64,000 nucleotides of DNA from Narcine bancroftii (Eukaryota), in assembly GCF_036971445.1 (NCBI RefSeq), contig NC_091475.1, positions 12,090,001-12,154,000 of the forward strand, written 5' to 3'. The notes under the pieces are model-generated. The model saw only the letters and a program-made list of their open reading frames with translations, did no database searches and was not told where the DNA came from. Within the stretch, counting starts at the first letter, position 1, and each line of letters opens with the position of its first letter. Shown in pieces: positions 63,150 through 64,000 of the stretch. Made by a program: the position numbers and the translations under genes.

Positions 63150-63890
63150 TATAGGATAAAAATGATTGCAGAATGTACAATTAATGAAGATTCATAGAAT
63201 GTATTGCAAAAAAGGTGCAGCAGGCAATCAAGGCAAATGGGATGTAAGCCTTCATTGCCAGAGGAATTGAATTTAAGATGGGGAGGGAGGGTTGGTTCTG
63301 CTGCAACCGTGCAGGTTAGTGGTGAGGCCACACTTGGAGTACTGGGTGCAGTTGTGGTCTCCTTGCATGAAAAGTATACACTGGTTTTGGAGGGGGGTCA
63401 CCGGGTTGTTTCTAGGCAAGAGGAGATTATCTTTTGAGTGTGATTGAGGAGTCTGGCAATATACTCAATGGAGATAGGATCATTTAGAAATAAAGCCGCA
63501 GTAAGAGACATAGGGAGAATGTACAAACTCCTTCGAGACAGTGCTCTATTCGCACCCAGGTCTCTGGCGCTAACACTGTGTTAACTGTGTCACACATGGA
63601 ACCTTATAGAGCCACGAGATTATGAAAGGAACAGATCATTTAAAAGCTGTGAGGTTGTTTCCACTACTAGGTGAGACAAAGGCACATGGGCTCAAATTCA
63701 GGGGAGAGATGAGGAGAAATTCTATGGAATTTTCTGTCCAAAGAAGTGGTAGAGCAGTGAATTTTGAAGCGTATGGGAATTAAGGATTATAGGGAACTGG
63801 CAGTTAAATGCAGATCAGCCATGATTGTATTGATTGGTTGAGAAAGCTCAATAAGCCAAATGGGCCACTCCTGCTCCGACCTCTTGTTTA
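63150..63890 (+). mobile_element. Degenerate CR1 LINE 3' fragment with a SINE piece inserted
   Basis: ggtgaggccacacttggagtac...gcagttgtggtc (VRPHLEY.VQ.W) and a CR1-type 3' UTR. Confidence 0.7.
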
Positions 63891-64000
63891 CAACCCTTAC
63901 AAATCTGTGACTAGTGTGCGATTCCTACGATTATGGGAAAGTACACTAATCACTTTAAAATGTAAAATATTGCAAATCAATTCTCCAAGGGTCTCTTTGT

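Overview
Eukaryotic vertebrate genomic DNA. The repeat content (CR1/HER1-type LINEs with HE1-like SINEs, Penelope-derived palindromic elements, Rex1/Babar, RTE and L1 fragments) points to a cartilaginous fish, probably a ray or shark. Three spliced + strand genes can be reconstructed by hand from GT-AG junctions and reading phase. (1) The last 7 recognisable coding exons of PRDM15 (1624-13594). (2) A complete HINFP-family (histone H4 transcription factor-like) zinc-finger gene with a CpG-island/CCAAT promoter at about 16.6-16.9 kb and 9 coding exons (21613-47332, 539 aa). (3) The first coding exon and promoter of RIPK4 (60008-60174), which is too short to appear in the ORF track. Most notable: a HINFP-like gene, likely a paralog with altered finger-9 contact residues, sits between PRDM15 and RIPK4, which are neighbours in mammals; a 31-bp array reiterates a PRDM15 splice donor 36 extra times, each unit with an ACTAAC motif; a MITE upstream of RIPK4 carries captured RIPK4 exon1/intron1 pieces; decoy splice sites occur in all three genes; a 2.3-kb G-rich minisatellite starts just after the HINFP-like first exon; and the Penelope-derived elements carry degenerate hammerhead-like motifs. 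Gene and repeat-family assignments come from recalled sequences and motifs, not database searches.
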